Source: Gemmatimonadota bacterium
Lineage (GTDB): Bacteria > Gemmatimonadota > Gemmatimonadetes > Gemmatimonadales > JACORV01
Assembly (NCBI GenBank): GCA_016179225.1
Contig: JACORV010000039.1
Coordinates: 1 to 49,920 of the forward strand
Length of the DNA: 49,920 nt
Direction: 5' to 3'
Below the pieces are notes generated by a model. It was not told the origin of the DNA. It searched no databases and was given only the letters and a program-made list of their open reading frames with translations. Positions 9,232 to 16,678 of this stretch are shown piece after piece (within the stretch, counting starts at the first letter, position 1; the number at the start of each line of letters is the position of its first letter). Made by a program: the position numbers and the translations under genes.

Positions 9232-10428
9232 ATGATGGATGTGCCGCGGTCGTGTGACGTCGTCGTGATCGGAGGCGGTCCCGGCGGCAGCCTTGGGGCG
9301 ACATACCTGGCCCGGAAGGGGTACGACGTGGTGCTGCTCGACAAGGAGAAGCACCCGCGCTACCGGGTGGGCGAGAGCCTCATCCCGCACATGTGGAAGT
9401 ACCTCCGCCTCGGCGGGGCCGAAGAGAAAATCCTGAACGACGGATTCATCAAGAAGACGGGCGGCACCGTGATCTGGAACGGAGTCATCCGGGAGCTCGT
9501 CTTCGGCCAGTTCGGGTTCGACCGGCCCGCTATGCACGTAGAGCGCGACCGCTACGATCAGATCCTGTTCGAGCACGCCAAGGCGCAGGGCGTGCGGGCC
9601 TTCGAAGAGATGACGGTGCTGGGCGTGGACCTTAACGGCGGCGAGCGACCGTCGGTGCGGTTCCGCGCGGCGGGTGACGACGCGGTGGGGACGATCGCCT
9701 GCCGGTACGTGATTGACGCCAGCGGGCAGAACGCGGTCATCGCCAAGCAGCTCGGTGTTCGCGAGATCGATGAGGGCTTCCGGTTCATGAGCCTGTGGGG
9801 GTACTTCCTCGATTCGAAGTACGTGGCCCTGGGCGGCAAGGTGCACCCGTTCAAGGACCTCAACCAGACGCCGCCCACGACGTTCGTGTGCTCCGTGGAT
9901 GAGCTGGGCGAGTGGGGATGGCTGTGGCACATCCCCCTGCGTGAGAGCACCAGCATCGGCCTGGTGGTGCCGGTCGAGCAGCTGCAGGTGGTGAAGAAGA
10001 GCGACGAGGCGCTGGAGAAGTACTTCCTCCGGAAGTGCTACGAAGTTTCCTATCTCGGAAGGCTGCTGGAAGGCGCGACGTACCTCGAGGGCAGCTTCCA
10101 CGTCATTCGCGACTACTCCTACCGAACCAGCCTTTACGCCGGGCCTGGGTTCTACCTGGTCGGCGACGCGGCAGCCTTCGTAGACCCGCTCTTCTCGGTG
10201 GGCGTCGTCTTCGCGATGTACTCGGCGTTCGCGGCGAGCTGGGCGGTAGACCGTTCGCTGCGCCGCCCCGAAATCGCGGAGAGCAACCGCGCCATCTTCT
10301 CGCGCCAGATCTCGGGCCGGCTCGAGGTCGCTCGCGCGCTCGCGCTCCCGCGCTACGCCAAGTTGGAGAGGCCAGCGACTTCGCTCGGCTGTCCATCCAG
10401 TTCGAGAGCGCGCTGGAGAAGGAGCTGA
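9232..10428 (+). CDS. FAD-dependent halogenase-like oxidoreductase, copy A. Apparently frameshifted near 10363-10366, with the homologous C-terminus continuing in another frame to 10547.
   Basis: GGGPGG dinucleotide-binding motif, GFIKKTGGTVIW lysine region, WLWHIP (9919..9936) and GDAAAFVDPLFSVG. The tail of ORF 10035..10547 (FESALEKELMYTVASLSTRGDN) aligns with the copy B C-terminus (PLLRERLIVLFSGGYDKID). Confidence 0.75.
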   Translation: MMDVPRSCDVVVIGGGPGGSLGATYLARKGYDVVLLDKEKHPRYRVGESLIPHMWKYLRLGGAEEKILNDGFIKKTGGTVIWNGVIRELVFGQFGFDRPAMHVERDRYDQILFEHAKAQGVRAFEEMTVLGVDLNGGERPSVRFRAAGDDAVGTIACRYVIDASGQNAVIAKQLGVREIDEGFRFMSLWGYFLDSKYVALGGKVHPFKDLNQTPPTTFVCSVDELGEWGWLWHIPLRESTSIGLVVPVEQLQVVKKSDEALEKYFLRKCYEVSYLGRLLEGATYLEGSFHVIRDYSYRTSLYAGPGFYLVGDAAAFVDPLFSVGVVFAMYSAFAASWAVDRSLRRPEIAESNRAIFSRQISGRLEVARALALPRYAKLERPATSLGCPSSSRARWRRS

Positions 10429-10617
10429 TGTACACCGTCGCGTCGCTCTCCACGCGCGGCGACAATCTGCTCGACTTGGTCGCGGACGAAGGCAGAGAAA
10501 AGATCACGGCCAAGCGGTTCAACGTCATCAAGGAACTGACGTTCTAGCCGGCCGCCGGGGCGTCACGCCTAGGGGCGCCGGTTGCACCGCTACCACGTTC
10601 AGAAAAGGCCCACTGCG

Positions 10618-10806
10618 ATGATTCGGGAGAGTCTGGCTCGGGTATGGCGGGAGCATCGCCGCGCGGTGCTGGCGGCGGCGATCCTCGCCTGGACGGTTGG
10701 GATCGTGTTCGCGTACCAGAAGGTCAAGCCGAAGCTGCCAGCGGGGATGGCGACGCCGCCCCCGGGCGCCCGGGTCCTGGAGGTCGGCGCGCTGCCGGTA
10801 ACCTGA
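10618..10806 (+). CDS. Small signal-anchor ORF ending at TGA. Probably the N-terminus of the downstream substrate-binding protein (see findings).
   Basis: MIRESLARVWREHRRAVLAAAILAWTVGIVFAYQKV... has one TM helix. It is in frame with 10831..11754. The ORF is open from TTG 10582. Confidence 0.5.
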   Translation: MIRESLARVWREHRRAVLAAAILAWTVGIVFAYQKVKPKLPAGMATPPPGARVLEVGALPVT

Positions 10807-10838
10807 AACCTCACCGGCCCGATCGCCTGTATGGCGAT
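10804..10838 (+). other. In-frame UGA plus downstream hairpin: candidate Sec recoding element (copy A)
   Basis: TGA 10804-10806. Stem ATCGCC 10822-10827 pairs with GGCGAT 10833-10838, with loop TGTAT. It lies within a 64-nt block (10777..10840) that is 62/64 identical to 16617..16680. Confidence 0.4.
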
Positions 10839-11754
10839 GCAAAACGGGACCGACAGCGTGATGGGCGGGATGGCGATGGAAGAGGGCGACAGCCTTGTCA
10901 TACCCGACAGCCTCGGGAACATGGTCGCGCGTTTCACCCGCTACAGCGGGTGGCCCGAGCTCAAGGAAGCGTTGCTCGCGGGCCGGGTGGGCGCCGCCTA
11001 CCTGCTCGCCCCGCTGGCGATGGACCTCGCGGACCGGGGCCTGCCGGTGCGCGTCGTCGCGCTCGGCCACCGTTCCGGCGCGGTCATCATGGTCAAGAAG
11101 GACAACGCCGCCCGCAACCTCGGCGATCTGCGCGGCAAGCGCGTGGCGATCCCAAGCCGCTTCGCGGTGGATCACCTCTTCGTGCGGCGGCTGATGCAGC
11201 AGCACGGCCTGCGCGACGGCGACCTCACGTTGGCCGAGATGGCCCCGCCGGACATGCCGGCCGCCCTTTACGCGGACGCGGTGGATGCCTACGCCACGGG
11301 CGAGCCGTTCGGCGCGCAGGCGGAGCGGGACGGGTACGCGCGCGTCCTTCACTCGACGCGGACCGACTGGCCGAACTACATCTGCTGCGTGCTGGCCGTC
11401 CGGACCGACATGATCCAGCAGGTGCGCCCGGTCGTGCAGCGTCTGGTGGACGACGTCATGTCCGCCGGCGTGTGGCTCGATCGTGACTCCCTGAACCGGG
11501 TGCAGGCCGCGCGGATCGCCGGCCGTCCGGAGTTCTTCAACATGGATCCATCGCTCATCCAGTACGTGCTCGAGCATCCGCACGACCGGGTGACCTACGG
11601 CGACCTCCGCCTCATCCGCACCGAGCTGGACGAGCTGATGAACCTGGCCCTCACGGCCCGGATCATCCAGCACCCGATTCCGTACGAGACGTACGCGGAC
11701 GAGAGCTTCATGCGGCGCCGCCGTCACCGGGAGATACGTTTTGTCGGGCAGTAA
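10831..11754 (+). CDS. ABC transporter substrate-binding protein, NMT1/SsuA/TauA-like (copy A). Conservative ATG-initiated coordinates.
   Basis: 307 aa, with GDLRGKRVAIPSRFAVDHLFVRRLM and YATGEPFGAQA typical of nitrate/sulfonate/taurine-type SBPs. This ORF has no signal peptide of its own. Confidence 0.85.
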   Translation: MAMQNGTDSVMGGMAMEEGDSLVIPDSLGNMVARFTRYSGWPELKEALLAGRVGAAYLLAPLAMDLADRGLPVRVVALGHRSGAVIMVKKDNAARNLGDLRGKRVAIPSRFAVDHLFVRRLMQQHGLRDGDLTLAEMAPPDMPAALYADAVDAYATGEPFGAQAERDGYARVLHSTRTDWPNYICCVLAVRTDMIQQVRPVVQRLVDDVMSAGVWLDRDSLNRVQAARIAGRPEFFNMDPSLIQYVLEHPHDRVTYGDLRLIRTELDELMNLALTARIIQHPIPYETYADESFMRRRRHREIRFVGQ

Positions 11755-12502
11755 GTGGAGGACGCTGATCCCCGTCGCGGTGGTCGCGGCCCTGGTGGCG
11801 GGGTGGTGGGCGGCGGTGGTGAAGACGCACACGCCTTATTTCCCGACCCCCTGGCAGGTCGCCGCGGGGATGGCGGAGCTGGCGCGCAACGGCACGCTGG
11901 TGCAGCACGTCGTGGCGTCGCTGATGCGCGTGACTGTCGGGTACGGGATCGCGGTCATGGTCGCGATCCCGCTCGGCGTGCTGATGGGATGGTTCGGCGG
12001 GCTCTACCTCGCGCTCAATCCCGTCATCCAGATGCTGCGTCCGATCTCGCCGATCGCGTGGATCCCGCTCGCCATCCTCTGGTTCGGCGTCGGCAACCTC
12101 TCGCCGATGTTCCTCATTTTCCTGTCGTCGTTCTTCCCGATGGTGGTCGGGACGGCCTCCGGCGTGCACAGCGTGGACCGGCAGTACATCCGCGCCGCGC
12201 GGAACTTCGAGATCACCGGGCACCGCCTACTCCGCCAAGTGGTGGTGCCCGCCGCGCTGCCGCAGATCATCGTCGGCATGCGGCTCGGCCTCGGCATCGC
12301 GTGGCTCGTCGTCGTCGCGGCGGAGATGGTCGCGCTCGATTCGGGCCTCGGCTACCTGATCATCGATTCGCGCAACGCCGGCAACCGGTACGACCTCGTG
12401 GTCGCGGCGATGGTCATCATCGGCGTGATCGGGTTTCTCCTCGATACCCTCATGCGACGCCTCGAGCGGCTCGAGGAAGTGGCCTGGCGCTATGCCCGGT
12501 AG
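11741..12502 (+). CDS. ABC transporter permease (SsuC/TauC/NrtB-type, copy A)
   Basis: 253 aa with about 6 TM helices. EAA-like loop RAARNFEITGHRLLRQVVVPAALPQI. TTG start overlaps the SBP stop by 14 nt. Confidence 0.9.
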   Translation: MSGSKWRTLIPVAVVAALVAGWWAAVVKTHTPYFPTPWQVAAGMAELARNGTLVQHVVASLMRVTVGYGIAVMVAIPLGVLMGWFGGLYLALNPVIQMLRPISPIAWIPLAILWFGVGNLSPMFLIFLSSFFPMVVGTASGVHSVDRQYIRAARNFEITGHRLLRQVVVPAALPQIIVGMRLGLGIAWLVVVAAEMVALDSGLGYLIIDSRNAGNRYDLVVAAMVIIGVIGFLLDTLMRRLERLEEVAWRYAR

Positions 12503-13280
12503 CATTTCCGCGAAGGGCCTCTTCAAGGCGTTCCCCACGCCGAAGGGCCCGCTCCCGGTCATCGAGGACCTGAGCCTCGACATCGCGGACGGAGAGTTCG
12601 TCGCGCTCATCGGGCCGTCGGGGTGCGGTAAGTCGACCTTCCTCGACATCCTGGCGGGGTTCGAGCGCCCGGATCGGGGGTCGCTGGCCGTGGACGGGCA
12701 GCCCATCGTGGGCCCCAGCCGCAAGCGGATCCTGATCCCCCAGCAGACGTCGGTTTTCCCGTGGCAGAGCGCGCGCCGGAACCTGACCTTCGTGCAGGAT
12801 GGCGTGACCGAGGAAGAGAAGAAGAGGCTCTCGCTCGACTACGTGAACCTGGTCGGGCTCGAGGGATTCGACCAGACGTATCCGCACCAGCTCTCGGGCG
12901 GGATGCTGAAGCGCCTCGAGCTCGCTCGGGCGCTGATCGTGAAGCCGGACATCCTGCTCATGGACGAGCCGTTCGGCCCGCTCGACGCGCTCACCCGCAT
13001 CCGACTCCATGCCGAGCTGCTCCAGATCCTCTCGGTGGAGCGGCACACCACGCTATTGGTGACGCACGACGTGCACGAGGCGCTCTATCTGGCGGACCGC
13101 ATCGTCGTGTTCACGCCGCGGCCCGCGCGCATCCAGTGCATCGTGGACGTCCCCTTCCAGCACCCCCGCGCCCTGGTGGGCGGAGACATCGTGCGGCTCA
13201 AGGCCCGGATCCTCGTGGAGCTGGGCCTCTCGCCTGACGGGAGCTTCGACCGGAGCAAGCGACCCGCCTCTGGCGGATGA
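12492..13280 (+). CDS. ABC transporter ATP-binding protein (copy A)
   Basis: Walker A GPSGCGKST, signature LSGGMLKR, Walker B ILLMDEPF, H-loop VTHD. Confidence 0.9.
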   Translation: MPGSISAKGLFKAFPTPKGPLPVIEDLSLDIADGEFVALIGPSGCGKSTFLDILAGFERPDRGSLAVDGQPIVGPSRKRILIPQQTSVFPWQSARRNLTFVQDGVTEEEKKRLSLDYVNLVGLEGFDQTYPHQLSGGMLKRLELARALIVKPDILLMDEPFGPLDALTRIRLHAELLQILSVERHTTLLVTHDVHEALYLADRIVVFTPRPARIQCIVDVPFQHPRALVGGDIVRLKARILVELGLSPDGSFDRSKRPASGG

Positions 13281-13307
13281 GGCTCCCGCCGGCGCAGCGC
13301 CTAACGC

Positions 13308-14708
13308 CTACAACGTGAACTGTAGTGTCAGGTAGCCGAAATCGACCCCCTTGCTGGGGCCGGACTGCCGGATGAACTCGCCTGGCCAGCAGTGGCTGTA
13401 TCCCGTCACGACCAGCAAGTGGCGGCCCACCGGGTACCGTACGGTCACGTCGAGCTCGGAGCCGATGTCCTTGGACGTGCCGGCGGCTCCGGATCGAACG
13501 GCGCCCGCTGGTGGTGGCAGGAAAGGCGCAAGCGGGCCATACAGGCCGTCTTTCCCGCTGGCGCGCTGGAAACGGTGGAAGTCCACCGCGGTGCTCACCG
13601 CACGCCGCAGCCGGACCGATAGCCCGCCGCTCAGATCCACCACGTTCTGTCGTCCCGCCACGTCCATGAAGCCCAGATACGCGTGTGCGAGCGGAAAGAG
13701 CTGGTTGAACGTCTGCACGTCGGCGACTGCGCTGTCCTTGTCGCCGCTCGCGTAGTCCAGGTTGAGGTAGACGCGCGGCGCGCCCCGCACCTGGGGCAGG
13801 CTGTACCCGACCTGACCCGCAAACATGTACGCGCGGATCTTCCCCGGGCCGACTGTTCCAAACTGCCATGCGGCCTCGGCCTCGTAATCCAGGCGGGCTC
13901 CCTGGCGGGTCGGCCCCCACACGCGCGCGCCGATGGTCTGGCGCTCTTCGCGTCCTGCCGTTCCATTGAACCTGGCGCTGGCCCGCCGGAGGCCCAGCCA
14001 GTAGGCGTCCACCCCGATCACGGTGCGCGGCGGTCTCGCGGTCGCGTACAGGCCGTAGAAAGTAGTCGCCGAATCGCGCTCGTTGAATTCGTACTTGTTG
14101 ACGAGAACCGGACGGGTGAGAAACGCGCTCACGGCGCCGCTCGGGAACGAAAAGGACCCGGAATACCCCTCGAACGTGCGCCTGGTATTCGTCCAGTCGA
14201 GCGGGCTGATCAACCGCTCGCGGCCGTAGGCGAGCTCTTGCCGCCCCACCCGAAATGCGAGCGCTCCAGATCCGGCATGTGGGAATCGAAGCTCGCCGTA
14301 GAATTGTTGGAGATCGAGCTCGTCTTGATCGACGACCCTGATACCGCCCTGGAGCGAGCGGCTGTCGACGGTGGCGCTCTTGCCTTGGACGAAAAACCTG
14401 AGACGGTCGTAGACGTGCAGGTCGGCGGACAGGAAGAGGCGTGTCAGCGTGAAGAAGTCGTCGTGGTCGGCCGTAGGGGGAGCCCCGAAGTTGAAGCCGG
14501 TCCAGCTCTCCACCCGCTCCCTAAGCTGCCCGCCGAATCCGACCCAGAGCCCTCCGCCGGAGCTGAGCCGGACGTGTTTGATCGTGTCAAACCGGTCCCG
14601 TGGCTGGGCCTGCTGGGCGAAAAGCCCGAAGGGGCCGAGCGTCAGCGCAACAGCTGTGGCGCCAGCCCACCTCCAAGCCCATGGAAATGCCGGAAAGGCA
14701 GTCGGCAT
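13308..14708 (-). CDS. Outer-membrane beta-barrel protein, alginate-export (AlgE-like) family
   Basis: The ORF is open to 14816. I prefer ATG 14708 because it has a GGGAGG SD 5 nt upstream and gives a signal peptide MPTAFPAFPWAWRWAGATAVALTLGPFGLFAQQ. The sequence has an alternating beta-strand pattern, with FGGQLRERVESW and a C-terminal ...YLTLQFTL. Confidence 0.65.
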   Translation of the reverse strand: MPTAFPAFPWAWRWAGATAVALTLGPFGLFAQQAQPRDRFDTIKHVRLSSGGGLWVGFGGQLRERVESWTGFNFGAPPTADHDDFFTLTRLFLSADLHVYDRLRFFVQGKSATVDSRSLQGGIRVVDQDELDLQQFYGELRFPHAGSGALAFRVGRQELAYGRERLISPLDWTNTRRTFEGYSGSFSFPSGAVSAFLTRPVLVNKYEFNERDSATTFYGLYATARPPRTVIGVDAYWLGLRRASARFNGTAGREERQTIGARVWGPTRQGARLDYEAEAAWQFGTVGPGKIRAYMFAGQVGYSLPQVRGAPRVYLNLDYASGDKDSAVADVQTFNQLFPLAHAYLGFMDVAGRQNVVDLSGGLSVRLRRAVSTAVDFHRFQRASGKDGLYGPLAPFLPPPAGAVRSGAAGTSKDIGSELDVTVRYPVGRHLLVVTGYSHCWPGEFIRQSGPSKGVDFGYLTLQFTL

Positions 14709-14782
14709 CCGGCCTCCCAGAAGATGTTGATCCAGGCCAACCTGCGACGGCGGACCAAGTATCGTGATGGGTGTTACTGCCG

Positions 14783-14796
14783 GCAACTCTCGTGCC
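14783..14796 (-). promoter_or_regulatory. Candidate sigma-54 promoter for the outer-membrane barrel gene
   Basis: The reverse complement of 14781-14800 reads ATAGGGCACG-AGAG-TTGCCG. The GC element lies 75 nt upstream of ATG 14708. Confidence 0.55.
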
Positions 14797-14832
14797 CTAT
14801 CATATTGGTGCCGCATAGGTTAACCTTGATCG

Positions 14833-14847
14833 GGCACGCCTCTTGCT
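14833..14847 (+). promoter_or_regulatory. Candidate sigma-54 promoter for the 14922..20652 operon
   Basis: GGCACG-cctc-TTGCT, 75 nt upstream of GTG 14922. It diverges from the - strand promoter 37 bp away. Confidence 0.6.
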
Positions 14848-14921
14848 ATATCGTGGGGCGATTTTTTTGTCGGCCCCAGCTGGAGCCCGCAACCCGATAC
14901 TTGGATTCGAGAAGGGAAGTC

Positions 14922-16169
14922 GTGAGCGCAGAGCGATTCGACGTCATCGTCGTGGGCGGAGGTCCGGGTGGCACGAGCACCGGCATCATGCTCGCCAAGC
15001 GGGGCTACAAGGTGCTCCTCCTCGAGCGGGAGCGATTCCCGCGTTTTCACATCGGTGAGTCGCTGCTCCCGGCGCTGTGGGACCTCTGGGACGAGCTGGG
15101 CGTCACGGCGGAGATGGAAGCGGTCGGCTTCGTCATCAAGCAGGGCATCAACTTCGCGATGTTCGAGCCGCCGACCGAGATCGCGCTCCTCACGGGCGAG
15201 TTCCCGCGCTACTTTCAGCGGCCGTACACCTACCACGTCGAGCGGGCCAGGTACGACCAGATCATGCTCGAGCACGCCCGGCGCTGCGGCGTGGACGCGC
15301 GCGAGGAGTGGACGGTCGAGGACGTGCTGTTCGAGGGGGACCGGTGCGTCGGCGTGGTGGCGGGCCCGAACGGCCAGCCGGGCCAGCCGTACCACGCGCC
15401 CATGGTGGTGGACGCGACGGGCCGCAACTGCCTGATGTCGCGCAAGCTGGGGTGGCGCAAGCCCGACCCCACGCTGAACAAGCTTTCCCACTTCACGCAC
15501 TACCAGGGGGCGGACCCTCGGGACCACGATGGTACGACGATGACCGAGATCCACAGCATCGACGGCGGGTGGATCTGGTACATCCCGCTCACCGGCGACA
15601 TCGTGAGCGTGGGCGCCGTGCTCGACGCGAAGGCCTTCGGGAGCCAGAAGGGCCCGCAGGCGCGCTTCGATCACGCGGTGGCGGGCTGCCCGAAGATCCG
15701 CGAGTGGGTCGAGGGCGCGCGCCAGACGATCGACATGCACACGATCTCGAACATCTCCTATCTGAACGACAGCTTCGTCGGCAACGGGTTCGTGCTGGTG
15801 GGCGACGCCTCGATGTTCGTGGACCCGATCTTCTCCGCGGGGGTGACGATCGCCGTCCGCGGCGGCATCTTCGCGGCCGAGTGCATCCACGACTGCTTCC
15901 AGCGCGGCGACTTCAGCGCCGAGCGGATGAGCCCCTACGAGGCCAGGATCCGGCTCCCGATGAGCCGCATCTTCAGGATGATCTACAACTGGTACGGGAT
16001 TCTGGAGAAGAAGGACCCGAACAATCTCATCGCCCGGTCCCGCCGCGTCCCGCTGCTGCGCGAGCGGCTCATCGTGCTCTTCAGCGGCGGCTACGACAAG
16101 ATCGACATGGAAGCCATCCTGCAGGCAGCAGGTGCCGACGCCCAGGGCAACCCGCTCCAGCCCGCGTGA
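14922..16169 (+). CDS. FAD-dependent halogenase-like oxidoreductase, copy B
   Basis: This is the C-terminal 415 codons of ORF 13683..16169. GTG 14922 follows GAAGGGAAG. Motifs VVGGGPGGTSTG, GFVIKQGINF, WIWYIP (15570..15587) and GDASMFVDPIFSAG. Confidence 0.85.
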   Translation: MSAERFDVIVVGGGPGGTSTGIMLAKRGYKVLLLERERFPRFHIGESLLPALWDLWDELGVTAEMEAVGFVIKQGINFAMFEPPTEIALLTGEFPRYFQRPYTYHVERARYDQIMLEHARRCGVDAREEWTVEDVLFEGDRCVGVVAGPNGQPGQPYHAPMVVDATGRNCLMSRKLGWRKPDPTLNKLSHFTHYQGADPRDHDGTTMTEIHSIDGGWIWYIPLTGDIVSVGAVLDAKAFGSQKGPQARFDHAVAGCPKIREWVEGARQTIDMHTISNISYLNDSFVGNGFVLVGDASMFVDPIFSAGVTIAVRGGIFAAECIHDCFQRGDFSAERMSPYEARIRLPMSRIFRMIYNWYGILEKKDPNNLIARSRRVPLLRERLIVLFSGGYDKIDMEAILQAAGADAQGNPLQPA

Positions 16170-16181
16170 GGATCATTCCGC

Positions 16182-16442
16182 ATGTCCGCTGAACAAAGGC
16201 TACTGACCTTCCTCGCCCAGACCTTCCCGCGCGAGGAGGGCAAGGCGATCACGCCCTCCGATCCGCTGCTCGACGAGGGGCTCATCGATTCGGTCGGCAT
16301 CTTCGAGCTGGTGGCGTTCATCGAGCGGGACTTCGGGGTGAACGTGCAGGACGAAGAGATCGTGCCCGAGAATTTCGAGACGGTGGCGCACATCGCGCGC
16401 TTCGTCGAGCGGAAACAGCAGGCCCGCTCGACCGCGAGCTAG
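16182..16442 (+). CDS. Acyl carrier protein (copy B)
   Basis: 86 aa, with LLDEGLIDSVGIFELVAFIE and the same VQDEEIVPENFETV tail as copy A. Confidence 0.85.
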   Translation: MSAEQRLLTFLAQTFPREEGKAITPSDPLLDEGLIDSVGIFELVAFIERDFGVNVQDEEIVPENFETVAHIARFVERKQQARSTAS

Positions 16443-16475
16443 ACGCGCCTCGCCGCGTCTCCACGGAGGAAAGTC

Positions 16476-16646
16476 TTGAATCGTCTGTACCGCGAGCACC
16501 GGCGCGCCGTCCTCCTGGTCGCCGTGCTGCTCTGGGTCGTCTTCATCACCGTCGTCTATCAGCTCAGTAAGCCTCGAGACGTGAGCGCGCTGCCGCCCGG
16601 CACGCCGGCCCTGACGCTGGAGGTCGGCGCGCTGCCCGTCACCTGA
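16476..16646 (+). CDS. Small signal-anchor ORF ending at TGA. Probably the N-terminus of the downstream substrate-binding protein (copy B).
   Basis: TTG 16476 lies 5 nt after GGAGGA (16465-16470). Translation: (M)NRLYREHRRAVLLVAVLLWVVFITVVYQLSKPRDVSALPPGTPALTLEVGALPVT*. In frame with 16671..17597. Absent from the ORF track because it is under 60 aa. Confidence 0.5.
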   Translation: MNRLYREHRRAVLLVAVLLWVVFITVVYQLSKPRDVSALPPGTPALTLEVGALPVT

Positions 16647-16678
16647 AACCTCACCGGCCCGATCGCCTGTATGGCGAT
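16644..16678 (+). other. In-frame UGA plus downstream hairpin: candidate Sec recoding element (copy B)
   Basis: TGA 16644-16646. The stem-loop is identical to copy A: ATCGCC 16662-16667 pairs with GGCGAT 16673-16678. Confidence 0.4.

Noticed and set aside
10426-10428. TGA that ends ORF 9232..10428, considered as a second possible Sec codon
   Set aside because: The homologous continuation lies in a different reading frame that begins near 10365. The discontinuity is therefore a frameshift, not stop-codon read-through.
13683-14921. N-terminal 413 codons of the 828-aa ORF 13683..16169, and analogous long extensions of 4708..6729, 20998..22335, 21372..23417, 22376..24205, 24346..25959 and 32760..34139
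   Set aside because: The extensions overlap other well-supported genes or the divergent promoter region, and they translate to low-complexity sequence. Internal starts give ATGA/GTGA coupling or a good SD, and N-termini typical of the family.
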